A stretch of 35,449 nucleotides of DNA from Chiloscyllium plagiosum (Eukaryota): NCBI RefSeq assembly GCF_004010195.1, contig NC_057718.1, forward strand, positions 87,916,957 to 87,952,405, given 5' to 3'. Shown here piece after piece: positions 1-12,575 of the stretch (position 1 is the stretch's first letter; every line of letters begins with the position of its first letter). The notes under the pieces are model-generated. The model searched no databases. It was not told where the DNA came from and was given only the letters and a program-made list of their open reading frames with translations. The position numbers and the translations under genes are program-made.

Positions 1-82
1 TAGTCCAGGTAGCTGTGTGAGTCGGTCGGTTTGTAGTAGATGTCAGTGTTGATTCGGTCGCCTGAGATAGAAATAGAAATAG
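1..82 (-). mobile_element. Penelope-like element reverse transcriptase fragment
   Basis: Reverse complement translates ISISISGDRINTDIYYKPTDSHSYLD, the typical PLE RT C-terminal motif (D-I-Y-x-K-P-T-x-S-x-x-Y-L); abuts an oppositely oriented PLE terminus. Confidence 0.85.
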
Positions 83-288
83 TCTGACCTATCACCCTCA
101 CCTTGACCTCTTTCCACCTATCACATTTCCGACGCCCCTCCCCCAAGTCCCTCCTCCCTACCTTTTATCTTAGCCTGCTGGACAAACTTTCCCCATTCCT
201 GAAGAAGGGCTTATGCCCGAAACGTCGATTCTCCTGTTCCCTGGATGCTGCCTGACCTGCTGCGCTTTTCCTGCAACACATTTCCAGC
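83..288 (+). mobile_element. PLE terminal repeat (inverted arm) with hammerhead core
   Basis: Near-identical to 3114-3297 and to the reverse complement of 2550-2755; contains CTGAAGA-A-GGGC-TTAT-GCCC-GAAACGTC. Confidence 0.85.
199..226 (+). ncRNA. Minimal type I hammerhead ribozyme core (PLE-associated)
   Basis: CUGANGA box, stem II GGGC/GCCC with 4-nt loop, GAAA, palindromic ACGT in place of helix III, GUC triplet; stem I weak. Confidence 0.65.
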
Positions 289-557
289 AAATGTCCACAG
301 CACACCATGATCAGGAAAAACAAGGGGCTTAATGCCAACCCAGAGTAGCTGCCCTATGTTCTTCCAGCCTGAGCAGTAGCCACTAACTGTTACTCTCTCT
401 TTCCTATCCCATGGCTAATTTTGTATTCATGTTACTATTATCCTCTTTATCCCACAACCTATAACTTTCCCTACACGTATGTTGTGTGACAGTATCGAAT
501 GCCCTTTAGAATAAATTGACTGCCTTCCCCTTATTAAAAAAACTTCAGCAAAGACGC

Positions 558-675
558 AAGGGGCAACGTTTTCGTGCACAAGGTATGTAGGTATGTAGAA
601 CGAGCTGCCAGAGGAAGTGCTGGAGGCTGATACAATTGCAACATTTAAAAGGCATCTGATGGGTATATGAATTGA
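558..675 (+). mobile_element. CR1/HER1-type LINE 3' fragment
   Basis: gagctgccagaggaagtg..gaggctg.tacaattgcaacatttaa.aggcat matches CR1 copy at 17221-17292. Confidence 0.85.
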
Positions 676-749
676 ATTCCATTCTGACGCTTCAGAATCA
701 ATCCACATTATTCCATGCTACAATTAATTCCGTCCTGAATTATCTAATT

Positions 750-885
750 TTTATTTATGAGATGTTGTCATGTGCAAATTGGCTACCGCGTTTTTCACGT
801 TACAACATTGAACACGCTTCAAAAATACCTCCGCTATAAAGTGCATTATTTCATGTGCCTATGAACGGTGCTACGTAAATCCACA
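750..885 (+). mobile_element. Deu-domain SINE 3' part (SacSINE/AmnSINE-like), degraded
   Basis: tgtgcaaattggctaccgcgttt..cattacaaca-like..cttcaaaa motif, shared with 3311-3350 and 12195-12290 (minus). Confidence 0.65.
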
Positions 886-1299
886 TTTTTTCTGCCACCC
901 TCCGTTTGCACAAACAAAACGGTTGTTAAATCCCTTTCCATAAGGACGTTGCTCCCTTACACAACTGGCTCAGATTTTGCAATGACTATCAGACCTGGAA
1001 TGTTAACAGATTCCTTCTAACCGGAGATTTGATGCTTGTTCACTCGCCCCTTCTAGTGGTCAATGGATTAGTAATGGTGTAGTAGTCGTAGGGGAGCAGG
1101 GAAGGAATCTTCCTCGGCTTCGGAGAGACGTACGCACTCGCGAACTGAATGGGCAGCAACTTTACTACCCATAGGAAGCATAACAAATCTGGAACTTTGG
1201 CGATTTTGATGCAACCAACCAAGGCTGTGGCAATCATTATTCACTCAGCTTGAGAAAATAAGTTTTTAAATAAATCTGGATCCTTGGAGATAATTGAGG

Positions 1300-1598
1300 A
1301 AAAAGAGCCCAGACAGCATCCAGTGACACTGTTTATGCGGCTTTCTGAACAATGCAGTGATATTAGTGTAGCTCAGCTGTACAGCTGGCTGACAGCCAGA
1401 GAGCTCGATTCAGTCCATTTGAGTAACTGAGAAGCTCTAGCCAGAGGCTGTGCTGTAGCTAGGGAGTGGCGTCAGCAGACTGGAGGATATGCAGTCTGTA
1501 TCAGAGTTCAGCTCTCTCACCATTCAGAAGTACCTCATTGTTAAACCGCTGTGTGAGTACCGCAAGGCTGTGGATATACCTTAAAGAGCTGGGTAAGT
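1300..1598 (+). other. Possible first exon / 5' region of an unidentified host gene
   Basis: Unique, relatively CpG-rich sequence upstream (1040-1240); ATG at 1489 opens a 31-aa ORF (stop 1582-1584); consensus splice donors GTGAGT (1553) and GTAAGT (1593). Confidence 0.3.
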
Positions 1599-2516
1599 TG
1601 TAGCAACTTTTTCACTGAACCACCATTTGTAAAGTAAGAGAAGAAAACTTGGCAAATGAATTGCTTGTAAGAGAACAAGAAAGTGCAGTTTCAGCAGTAA
1701 TGGAGAAGCTATTGCAGACGATTCTGTACTATCTAGGGAGTTGGTGCACATGCAGTGAGAGAGCTTTGGTTGATGTCTGTGCTTCCATGCAGTGGTTATC
1801 CTGACCGAGAGAGAACATGTCCTGCAGTAGTTTTTAATACATATTGTTATTTTTGCATTAAATGTTGACAGCTTTTACATGAATCAGTTTTCTCCCCCAC
1901 GAAATCATGCGCAGTCTGACTTCTCACGCTGCTATTTGTTTATTCACAAGTCGGTAAGCTCAGCTATAAAGTTTTTGAGTTCACCACTTGATGGACAGAG
2001 GCTGGGCCACAAACATAATTGCCCAAAACCAGTAGCGGACTTTATTTGTTTTGTCACCTCGATACTGAGAATGAGCAACTCCTGACTCTTTTAAATGGCT
2101 ATTTGGAGATAAAATGCTCGCACTGATTCATCTGAATTTAAAGATCCGAATCACTTTCCAAACATCTCGGATCTCTTCAATTTTGTTTTCTGATCGAAAA
2201 TGCCATTTGACTTCCCACTGGAGCTAATTGACAGCCATAATGGTCACCCTCTTGCGTCTGAGGCAGTAGGTTGTGGATTCAATCCCTGCTCCAGAAGCCT
2301 GAACACAACATTTAGATTGACATTGCATTGTTGTACTGGCAGAGAGCCATACTGTCAGCGTTGCAGTCTATCAGGTGAGAAGTTAAACCAGTCCCATAAA
2401 TTTTCTCAACATGGAAAAGAAAATTCCATGAGACTATTTTATAAAGGATGGGAGTTCCCTAGTGTTCTGGCCAATATTTATCTCTTAATATCTGACATCA
2501 ATTGTTATTTGTGGGA

Positions 2517-3297
2517 AAGTGAGGTCTGCAGATGCTGGAGATCAGAGCTGGAAATGTGTTGCTGGAAAAGCGCAGCAGGTCAGGCAGCATCCAGGGAACA
2601 GGAGAATCGACGTTTCGGGCATAAGCCCTTCTTCAGGAATGGGGAAAGTTTGTCCAGCAGGCTAAGAAAAAAGGTAGGGAGGAGGGACATGGGGGAGGGG
2701 CGTCGGAAATGTGATAGGTGGAAAGAGGACAAGGTGAGGGTGATAGGTCAGACTGGAGTGGGGGCGGAGANNNNNNNNNNNNNNNNNNNNNNNNNNNNNN
2801 NNNNNNNNNNNNNNNNNNNNNNNNNNNNNNNNNNNNNNNNNNNNNNNNNNNNNNNNNNNNNNNNNNNNNNNNNNNNNNNNNNNNNNNNNNNNNNNNNNNN
2901 NNNNNNNNNNNNNNNNNNNNNNNNNNNNNNNNNNNNNNNNNNNNNNNNNNNNNNNNNNNNNNNNNNNNNNNNNNNNNNNNNNNNNNNNNNNNNNNNNNNN
3001 NNNNNNNNNNNNNNNNNNNNNNNNNNNNNNNNNNNNNNNNNNNNNNNNNNNNNNNNNNNNNNNNNNNNNNNNNNNNNNNNNNNNNNNNNNNNNNNNNNNN
3101 NNNNNNNNNNNNNCCTCTTTCCACCTATCACATTTCCGACGCCCCTCTCCCAAGTCCCTCCTCCCTACCTTTTATCTTAGCCTGCTGGACAAACTTTCCC
3201 CATTCCTGAAGAAGGGCTTATGCCCGAAACGTCGATTCTCCTGTTCCCTGGATGCTGCCTGACCTGCTGCGCTTTTCCAGCAACACATTTCCAGCTC
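2517..3297. mobile_element. Young PLE insertion with inverted termini and 14-bp TSD
   Basis: Left arm 2517-2770 is the reverse complement of right arm 3114-3297; TSD TGTTATTTGTGGGA at 2503-2516 and 3298-3311; hammerhead cores at 2609-2636 (-) and 3206-3233 (+). Confidence 0.85.
2771..3113. other. Assembly gap (343 N)
   Basis: Run of N between the two inverted arms. Confidence 1.
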
Positions 3298-3354
3298 TGT
3301 TATTTGTGGGAGCTTGCTGTGTACAAATTGGCAGCCCCATTTACAACACAAATT

Positions 3355-3455
3355 AAAGACGAAAATGGAAATTCCTCGGAAAACTCAGCAGGTCTGGCAG
3401 CATCTGTGGAGAGGAAGCAGAGTTGACGTTTCTGGTCCAGCGACCCTTCTTCAGT
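3355..3455 (-). mobile_element. PLE terminal fragment, second family
   Basis: Reverse complement CTGAAGAAGGGTCGCTGGACCAGAAACGTCAACTCTGCTTCCTCTCCACAGATGCTGCCAGACCTGCTGAG. Confidence 0.75.
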
Positions 3456-3691
3456 TTATTTTCAAATTTCCCGTGGAAATGAAAGATGCTCTATAAATGC
3501 AAGCTCACTATTTATTAATTAGCAACCTCTGCTTTTTAATGTGCCTTGGCCAAATTTACCAAAGCATATTTCCGTCTATCCATCAGGGGCAAAGGTTCTC
3601 ACATAGAATCTTAGCAGTCAACTTGTACAATATATAGAGTGTTCCCATAAATGGCAACAAGGTAATGACCAGATCATTTTTTTTTGTGAGA

Positions 3692-4303
3692 GGACTGCAA
3701 AGTACTGCAGATCTTGGTGATCTAAAATGAATACAGAAAATGGTGGAGAAATAGAGTAGACCTGGCAGCATCCGTTGAGAGGGAAATGTTTCAAGTCCAA
3801 TATTTCTTAAGAATGAAAGGGACCAGAAAAGTAATGGGCTTAAACTGTAGAAAATGAGAGGAGGAGGAATAAGTGAAAGTATGGTGAAGGAGTCCCAGAA
3901 CAAAAGGCAAAGGGTAGTCGAGGATAGATACAGATGAAGAATGGATGTTAATGGAATGTGTTAATAGGTCAGCAGTACTGAGAGCAAATCCATGGAAACA
4001 AGTTACTGGGAGGTGGGGAACCAGAGTGGTGGAATCAAAATGTGGACAGAATTCATGGCCTGAGGTTGTTGAAATCAATGTTGAGTCCTGAAGACAGTAA
4101 GTGTATTGGTTGAAAATGAGGTGCTGTTTCTCCAGCTAGTGATAAGTTTCCTTGGACACTGCAGCTGGCCTTGGATAAAAATGTAAGCCCAACACAAAAT
4201 GGAGAAACAGTCTTGTTCTCTTGCTAATGTTTCACCACAGATATGGCCAGAACTGCTGGTTTTCTCTCACGCTCTGCTTCTATTTCAGATCTCCAGCATC
4301 TAT
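3692..4303 (-). mobile_element. Old PLE 3' region with inverted terminal arm
   Basis: Minus strand at ~4055-4137 gives LEKQHLIF...GLNIDFNN (end of PLE GIY-YIG ORF); degenerate inverted arms ~3692-3780 and ~4225-4303. Confidence 0.7.
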
Positions 4304-5679
4304 CTATCTTTGCTGTATCTTAGTGAATCCTTTCAATATTTTAAGCACCTTGATCAGATTACATCACGATCCACTTTACTCAAGAGGATACAAATCAAGA
4401 TTATGGCACTAAGATTTAACCCTTTGAATTCCAGTATTTAGGAGCAATTGAATAGATTCTGCACACAGCAAAAATGGTATCACGGAACTGAACATGATTG
4501 TACGAATCATACTCAACTGCAATGTTAGAATCAGACTGCAGAGCCTACAAATTTTGTAGTAATTATTTATCAAAGTAAAGCCACAAGCTGAGCTTTTGAT
4601 CCTGAACTCTTTCCAAACTTAAATTGTAACATCTGATTTCAGGTATAATTCTAAGGCTGTTTGAAAACACTGCATCTTGTATGCTGAAAATAGTGTAATT
4701 TAGAAGCTTTGTTAAATGTTTCTTCAGTGCAAAAATGTTTTTGATGAACTTATCCTCATCCATGATGAGAATAATAAATTACAATACAAAGTTTTGAAGT
4801 GCTGCTACACTCAAGCAATAGCTCATTACGGATGCTGACGTTATATTTAATGTATCGCTAGATGATTTCCAGTGGCATTCCAATGAGGATACCTTCTTGC
4901 ATAGTTATGGGGTGTTGTTAACAAAATATGATAGGGAATATGTAACAGGAAGTAATTGTAGCACCAAGGAAATGAATGTTATGCATGTGACTTATAATAT
5001 TTTGCTAGCACATCTCATTGCTTATAGTGAGTCAGAGGATGCAGCTTTTTGGATGCAATGGGATAGGATGACAAGTAGTCAGTGGGATCCTTGCAGGAAA
5101 TGGTCACTAGCAGAAGACCTTTCAAAAAATAAACATTATAGCTGTATTTTTGCCCCTTGTCCATTTATTTTTTCTCATTTTAGTCTCCTCCTCTGTCCAG
5201 TCCCATCCATCCCCTAGGCTGTATAACGTTGGAATGGATGTTATTTGGCTCGAGGTCTCTGCCAATAATGTTAAGATAAAGAGTGCTAGGATGAATAAGT
5301 TTCTCTCTCTCTTTGCTAAGAAGTTTTCATGTTGTTTGGGGAACGATAGTCACAATCCAGTTATACTGCTACATGACTTGAAGAGAAGGTAAAAAGACAT
5401 CCCTTTAAACAGAAAGCAATAACATTGTGGAATTCTCTGCCATGAACCTTTTTAAAAATGAGAAATAATAGTTTCTTGAGTAAAAATGAGAGAAAAAGTA
5501 TTGTGACTGTGATTATGATGTAGTTTTCTTCTTTATCTTCTTCAATCACTGTGGCCTATAACACAGTGGTGACATCCTTTTGCTCCAGCATTACTCTTCA
5601 GTTATACAGCTCAATTGTACTATCCTCATCCATTTCCAATTTTACTGATCCTATTGCTCATCTCTGAAAATAGTTTCTC

Positions 5680-6415
5680 TTCGCAGTTCAATGTCCTTGC
5701 CCACCTTTATATCCTCATTTACTTGCAGATTATCAACAACATCCAGGATGTTACATTTTCCACAAGATATTAACTAGCCCCAGCTCACCTTGACACCATT
5801 TTCTTGACACCTCCATTGCCATTTTGTTTTCACATTTTTGGTCTAATATTTTTTCTTCAATGAGCTGCACTTTGTTCAAAGTAAACATTGGGTAAACCAA
5901 AGTTGTTGTTTTCAGTCACATATCTGTGGCATATGACCATCTTCTACTGAATCATTGAAGATGCTTTTGATTAAGCCAACCTTAATTATCCAAGTATTCT
6001 CTGGCCTGTCTCACATCTTCCACCCTTCATAACTTTGGTTCTGTAATGTAATCCATGCTCCAGAAGTCTTATCACTCATCGCATGTGTCTTTGCTGGCCT
6101 GATTGCTGATTTTCCAATGCTCCAAACCTAAACTTATCATCATCATGGTAGCTTTATGGTAGCCTTATCCGGTCTTTCATTTCACGTTAGAACTCTCTAT
6201 TAAATATATCCAGGCCTCTCATGCATGCCTTCTCTTTTCATGTCATCCCTCACTGGGAGCTATGCCTCCTTCAAGACCATCCTCAAACATCTAGCTCTTT
6301 TGATCATCACCTTCTACTTTGGCTGGGTCATCAATTTTTTTCTGCTTACATTCCTGCAAAGTACCCTGGACCATTTTCATACATTAAAATATATAACTAG
6401 AGGTTGTTGCTGTTC
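5680..6415 (+). mobile_element. Old L2-like LINE 3' fragment
   Basis: Degraded RT-end and 3' tail similarity (cctccttcaagacc.tcctcaaa...gttgttgctgtt), also seen at 9885-10245 and 19340-19690. Confidence 0.55.
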
Positions 6416-8611
6416 ACATAGAGTGAAATAATGAGGTTTGTATCTGGGCTAGGGCTGCAGTATTCTGTGACTCTATATATTTAATTTATGTTAGAGACAT
6501 CGCTACAGTTAGACTGCATACTGTTGGGATAATTTTATGAAGCATGCAAGAGCATCAAATGTGGCAGGCAGGGTGACTGAATTATGAAGGAGCCTGAACT
6601 TTGATTTCCTGATGGCAGGTTGAGATATAGAGTTTGAATTAACAGCATGTTGTGCATCAGGACATGCTGTGGTGGATTCTCCCTTGTGGTATATTTGCAT
6701 GTCATGAATTATGCATTAACATGGATCTTATTTTCTTTGTATATCCTACCTTCAAATGAAGTCAGTGACACAAGAGAATTTCTTGGCACCTGGTCTGTGA
6801 TCATTTAAATATGATTTCCAACAGTTGGCGTGTCTGAGGTTAATAGGTTTCCTTGTTAACTCAGTGGCTCAAAGGAAGGGAGCAGGAGAATGGCAGCTTA
6901 CAGGAAGGCCTGGCACTTGTAAAAGCAAATCACTTGTGAGGAGTGAGGATATGAAGTGGGGTCAAAGGTATGGCAAAGTGGAAGAAGGATCCAGTGGATA
7001 ACAGTGAATGAGGAATGGACCTGGACAGTCAGTCAAGATAAGAAAATTAGAGGTCTGAAGTACAGTGTCAGTACTGTCCACATGAGCTCTGTTTGAAAAT
7101 TGGTTGGCAGATTCCTTAGCTGGCTCTGCATTCACCTACAATATTTCAGTTATGCATTCAAGAAGTGGTCTTGGACAACACCCTTTGCATAAAAGGGAGG
7201 GCCAGCTGAAATTGCAAGTTCAACCATGCCCCATAGAATGGCGAGTATCACACAAGACTTAAAAATGAGCATTTAATCAGGTAAATGCAAAATACATAAT
7301 TGTTTCTTTCACAATAAAGGATTGTCCCTAACTACCCTTTAACCATCAATTCATGCCAACTATGAAGCATGCTAGTACATTTAGGTCTGTGACTAAGCTA
7401 GTTTCAACAAATAAAGATGATGCACACATGAATAAAGTGAAACCAACGTGGGATGAAATATATATCTGTGTCATTGTTGTGCTCTTGTTTAGTCATATGT
7501 TAATAACAGTGGGGTTGGTCAGGAAAGTTTGACCAACATGCAGAATTTCCCTATTTGTCTAGAAGACTCTCTTATGGTTTGCCTGTGTCTGCTTCGCTAG
7601 TGAAATATACCATCAGCAAGTAATGAAAATCTTCACTGCCATATTATTACACTGCCTCCCATGCTTGCTGCAAATTTTACATTTTAATTATAATCGTGTG
7701 GGAGCCAGCAAACAACAAGATTGTGGAAATGGTGCCCACTTCCTGTTATGCCATCAGGAACATACACCAAATTAAAATTATACCCTGTAGCTTTTCTAGT
7801 GAACAAACATTTTTTTACAAAATGTTGAAATAGAACAAATGGATTTGTTTGTAATGTTTTCTGACTTGGAGATTCAATATTTGATAGTTTTGTCCTGATC
7901 TGGATTGCCAGCTTTGCTAGGACATAGATCTAGAGACGTCAGTGCAAGAGCTTCTGCCGTTATAGTCCTGCCACTGGTCACAGCACCTGCCAATATTTGC
8001 AGTATCCTGCCTTCCCTCACCAATTGGAAAAGAAGTAGACATTTCATTACTAAATTAGATACTTCCTGGACTGTTAGTCAAACAACTATTGTTTTTCCAC
8101 CTTCAACATTTTTATAATTAATAAACACATACCTTCAGAGAACTTTCATTAAAAATGTCTACATGACTTTTTTTTCTCTCCCAGGTTTGTAGCTATGTTC
8201 TGGAAATTAATTTTTAATTCTTAATACTCCAATGCAATCCAGGATGTTTGGCTGGTCTAGTGCTGATAGATCAAGAGCGGTTGCTCTTTTCTCACCTAGA
8301 AAAGTCACAAACCAATATTATTTCAGTTGAACTTAACCTCTGATGGAATAGAGGTTGTTGGCCAGCCCGGTAGGTGGTAATTGATGAAATATTAAAACCT
8401 GGTATCTTGAGTATGTGATCTGCCTGACCCTGTTCATGCTATCCCATTTAGAAGACACTCCTATCGGAGAGAAATGAGAGAATTATCTTAATTTGAGATC
8501 AAAAGAAATCTCTGTTTGCCGCATTCATATCGGTTACATTTTGTAGTTAGATGGCAGACAAGCATAGGAAAATAATCAGCAAAGTTGCAAAATTGCATCC
8601 ATTTTCTTGAA

Positions 8612-8975
8612 AGAAAGAACTTGCATTTAGTTGTAGCTTTTTTATGCCCTTAGGACAACACAAAGAATTTAACGGCTGGTACAGCAATGTTAAATTGAAG
8701 TTACTGTTGTAATGCAGTGAATGCAACAGCGTAGATTCCACAAACAGTTGATGAGATATATTAATCTGTTTAAATGATATTGTTTGTAGGATAAGAACTA
8801 CTCAACTTCATCCATCTGATAAGGCAGACTGGGTCTTGATTCACCAATTCTTTGAAGGACAGTATCTCTGACGATAAAGCACATTATAATACTGCACAGA
8901 AGTATTAGTTTATGTGTTCAAGTCCCTGTAGTGGGGCTTGAACACACAGCGTCTGACTCAAAAGCAGTGCTGTAT
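8612..8975 (-). mobile_element. Deu-domain SINE
   Basis: Tail aagaacttgcattta at left; B-box GGGGCTTGAAC (rc GTTCAAGCCCC) at ~8933-8943. Confidence 0.7.
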
Positions 8976-9299
8976 CAGATCATTGTATAAGTCCACAGCT
9001 TTAAAGTGATTCTGTAACCTGATTTTGAATCTACATCATCTGACCTCAGAATAAAGTGGAACCAACTGTACCAAGATGATACCTGGATTAATGGTTGAAA
9101 TTCCAGTGAAGGGAGGGAGTATGGAAAACTACCTAAATTCATTCAAATTTTGAGGAGGGACACTTTGAGAATTTCAATTAGCATCCAGATGTTTTAACCG
9201 CATTTCATTTATGCTGTTGTAAAATTCAAGTCTTGAATATATTTTGTACTTTTGGCTTATTCTCATTATTTTGGGGTGGGCAGGACATGGAAGTAATAT

Positions 9300-9432
9300 C
9301 TTTCCTAATGAAGGGCTTTTGCCTAAAACATCCATTTTCCTGCTCCTCGGATGCTGTCTGTCTGCTGTGCTTTTCCATCACCACTCTAATATTGACTGTA
9401 ATCTCCAGCATCTGCAGTACCCACTTCTGCCA
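9300..9432 (+). mobile_element. PLE terminal fragment with decayed hammerhead core
   Basis: cctaatgaagggcttttgcctaaaacatc...ctgctcctcggatgctg...ctccagcatctgcagt, homologous to 31816-31945. Confidence 0.8.
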
Positions 9433-9884
9433 TTGAGTAATACTTAGGGGCAATATTTCCATTTCTATCCACATTTAATCAAATAGAACTTATATCACCT
9501 GAGGTTGGATACCCAGTCAAGGTCCCGAAAATAAGCAAGGCAAAGATAATCCATATCTGATTGTGTTTGTCAATATGAGCATTAACTTCCTTCACAAAAC
9601 AAAAAAATTATCCTTGTCCCTTCCAAGATCTTACAGTCTCCATAATGCTGCGTGCTGCTAATAGATGCCAATGGAATGGGGCAAGTATCTGTGAAGTGTC
9701 TTGATGGAAATGAAACCTGATCATGTCAATGGGACCCTCTTACTGAGATTTGACACTGGGCCTGTGTCAATTGCTGTCAACAGCAGCTGAGAATCTTACT
9801 GCATCATATGCCTGCTGTCAGACATGAATCTCTGAGGTTAAGACCAGTCAATTTCTAACATCAATAATATTTAATTCTCAACCT

Positions 9885-10245
9885 CATACCAACTCCCATC
9901 AGCCCATCACTCTATCAAGCATTGCCTTGTTTTTAAAGATTCTTGCCCACGTGTTCAAATTCCTTCGTAGCCTCACCCCACCCACCCGCAATTTTCTCCA
10001 GCCATACAACCTTCCAAGAACTCTCCTCCAATTTGGGCCAGTATGTCTTCAGCTGTCTCAGACCTCAGCTCTGGAACTACCTCCCTATCTCTCTTTCCTT
10101 GTTCAAGACCCTCCTTAAACCCTACCACTTTGAGAAAGATTTTAGTCATCTGGCTTAATATCTCTGTGATTTGGTATCATATCTTGTGAGATTACTTCTC
10201 TGCAGCCTCTTTGGCCATTTTATAACATTAAAGTATAAAAACAGG
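9885..10245 (+). mobile_element. L2-like LINE 3' fragment
   Basis: FLKILAHVFKFLRSLTP..LQPYNLPRTL resembles L2 ORF2 C-terminus; 3' tail shared with other copies. Confidence 0.65.
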
Positions 10246-10524
10246 TCATTATTGTCATGCCATTGTTGTTTTAAATGCTAATATTAAGTATTGTCTTCAG
10301 AACATTAAAAAATAGCATCAGAGTAACTGAAACAGTACTTTTTAGATCAGATCCTGGTGACATTTTTTCTATAACAATAGGTTGAGTTATGAATTGTGAT
10401 GGGGAAAATGTAAAAGAATGGAAGTGTAATAAAAGTGTGTGTAAAATGCATTATGTATTTAGAATGTAAAACAATTTTCCCCCCACCTTTTGTTCAAATG
10501 AGCCTTTATTTTGTGACAATTCAT

Positions 10525-10890
10525 GTTTGCCTCTTCATACATGTTCATAAATTCAAGTCCCAGTCCAAAGATTTGAGCATATAATCTGTGGTGCTGTTCC
10601 TATGCAGTACGCAGGGAATTTTGCTGTGAAGGAATTGCTTTCATCAAGAAGAGACACCAAGCATCTCTGATGGATATAAGAGACCACATGGTGATGATTA
10701 AGAGTAGAGGGTTAGCCCTAGTGTCCTGTTTAATATGTGTTCCTCAATCAATGTGACTAAAATATATGTCCCAATAATTTATCATATTACTGTTTGTACT
10801 GTATTTCTTACAATAGTGGCTGCATTTAATAAGGAATTTCATTAGCTATAAAGCATTGTGGGGAACCCTGAAGATTTGAAAGGAGTTCTG
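10525..10890 (+). mobile_element. Deu-domain SINE
   Basis: ttcaagtcccagtcca..ttgagcatataatct head and core; cattagctataaagcattgtgggg..ctgaag..tgaaagg tail. Confidence 0.65.
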
Positions 10891-11034
10891 TTTATTTTTT
10901 GTATTGTCCTTTTCTTTCTATTTGTTTGTCAATCTATCTACCTCTTACTGCCACTTTTTCTGTTTGTAACTATTTGTCCTTCCTGCTGTCATCCAGTCTT
11001 ACTTCCTTTCTTTTGCTGCTTCCTTCCTTCTTCG

Positions 11035-11395
11035 TAATGGAGGTGGAAATGACATGGGTGGAGGGGGATGACATATGGTAGGCAGGAAGCTGGGGTGAGA
11101 TGGGAGGGTGGGTTTAGAATGGAGGGCGAGAGGAGGACAAGCAGTTTTAGGGAAGATGCGAGAGGCAGCCAAGCATGGAAGAAAGAAGGGCAGAACCTCC
11201 AAGAAGGGGTGGAACTACCTGGGGATTATGGAAATGGGGTGGTATGGGAAGGATGGATGTGAGATAGCATAGAAGGAAGAGATACAATGAAAGTTGATGT
11301 TGAGATTGGGATGATTGGAGAAGGATTAAAGGAACAGATGGAAATGGGATGAGAAGGATATGAGAAGGATGGAATAGCATAGAAGATGGATTTAA
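11035..11395 (+). repeat. Purine-rich (GA) low-complexity tract
   Basis: Strong G/A bias (ggaag, gaagg, gggag); preceded by pyrimidine-rich 10890-11033. Confidence 0.75.
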
Positions 11396-12197
11396 GATCT
11401 ATTGTTTCAACAAAGAAATTAATTTCTCTGCAAATATTTTGCAGGCATCTCAGTTTTATTTAATACCAACTACTGTTAGTGGAGAGGATAACTGCAATTC
11501 ATGTATGATGAATGATGTTGTTGCATATTAGGCTTCAGTGTGCTGGCAAGTCTGGAGTCCTTGAAATGAAAGTTTACCTGATGTAAGACTCCATAGCTGA
11601 CATTTAAGAATAGAAACTGAGCTTGTGGGACACATCTCGAAAACACTGATATTTATTTAGATGTTTGGCATCTCTTTTCAGAATGGGAAGTCAGTACAGC
11701 CGACACAGACACACAGGGGAGCCCGTTCAAAAACTGGCTTCTTTCTTAGTGCATTCTTGACAATCATCCAGATGCAGTTTCTCTCTCCCCTCTGCTAATT
11801 AAAGTCAGTAATATAGGGTTGACTGGCTTGAAAGCAGATCTGTGGTTCCAAGTTTTACCAAGTTCCAAATTTAAAAAAACTCAGATTATATTCATTTGTG
11901 AAATAGAAGAACTGACAGGGCCTCATGTAACCCGCAGCCGTATGAATCAAGTATGTCGTAGCTAATCGCCAGAATCCCTGTAGGGATCAGAGGCTAGGAT
12001 TCTGTGTGAGTTCTTACATCGTTGTTTAGGAATTTGCAGTTTGAATCTGCAGACACAAAACATAATGCACTTGACCTGGGAAACTCTTCGATGATATTCA
12101 AAGAGATTAAGTTCAGAGGTCACCTTTCATTTCTGATAATTTGATATTAAAAGAGAAAATAAAATCTTGAAATAATTTTTTTCTTTAATCAAAAAAC

Positions 12198-12575
12198 AAA
12201 GACTTGCAATTGTATGAAGTACTTTTGAATTATAGTCACTATTGTAATGTCAGAAATGCAGCAGCCAACTTGCACACAGCAGACTTCCACAAATATCAGT
12301 TAGATAATGACCAGATAATCTGAGTGATTCCTGTTGAGAGAGAAATGTTGACCAGAATATGAGGAAGACATATTCTGCTCCCTTTTGAAAATAGTATATT
12401 GGTATATTTATGGGTTGATGGGGCCTTAATTGAACATCCCACCCAAAATGCAGCACCTTCAAGAGTGCTGCAACTTCTTGGCATTATATGGTAAGTGCAG
12501 CACAGATTTTCAGCTCTTCAACATACAACCTTCTGCCTCAGAGTCAAGACTTTGAATCAGAGCCACGGCTGGTGC
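12198..12575 (-). mobile_element. Deu-domain SINE
   Basis: aaagacttgca..gaagtacttttgaa..tagtcactattgtaatg..gcagccaacttgcacacagcagacttccacaaa; head caaccttctgcctcagag. Confidence 0.75.

Larger units (their letters stand above)
2233..3510 (+). mobile_element. Deu-domain tRNA SINE interrupted by two PLE insertions
   Basis: tRNA-like head with B-box GGATTCAATCCC (2275-2286), Deu-like core, tail ctataaatgcaag; split at 2517-3297 and ~3355-3455. Confidence 0.75.

Noticed and set aside
2200..3209. Long ORFs (326 aa and 127-163 aa) in the ORF track
   Set aside because: Artefacts of reading through 343 N and SINE/PLE sequence
4762..4838. ATGATGA...CTGA pair resembling a C/D snoRNA
   Set aside because: No terminal stem and no recognisable rRNA/snRNA antisense element
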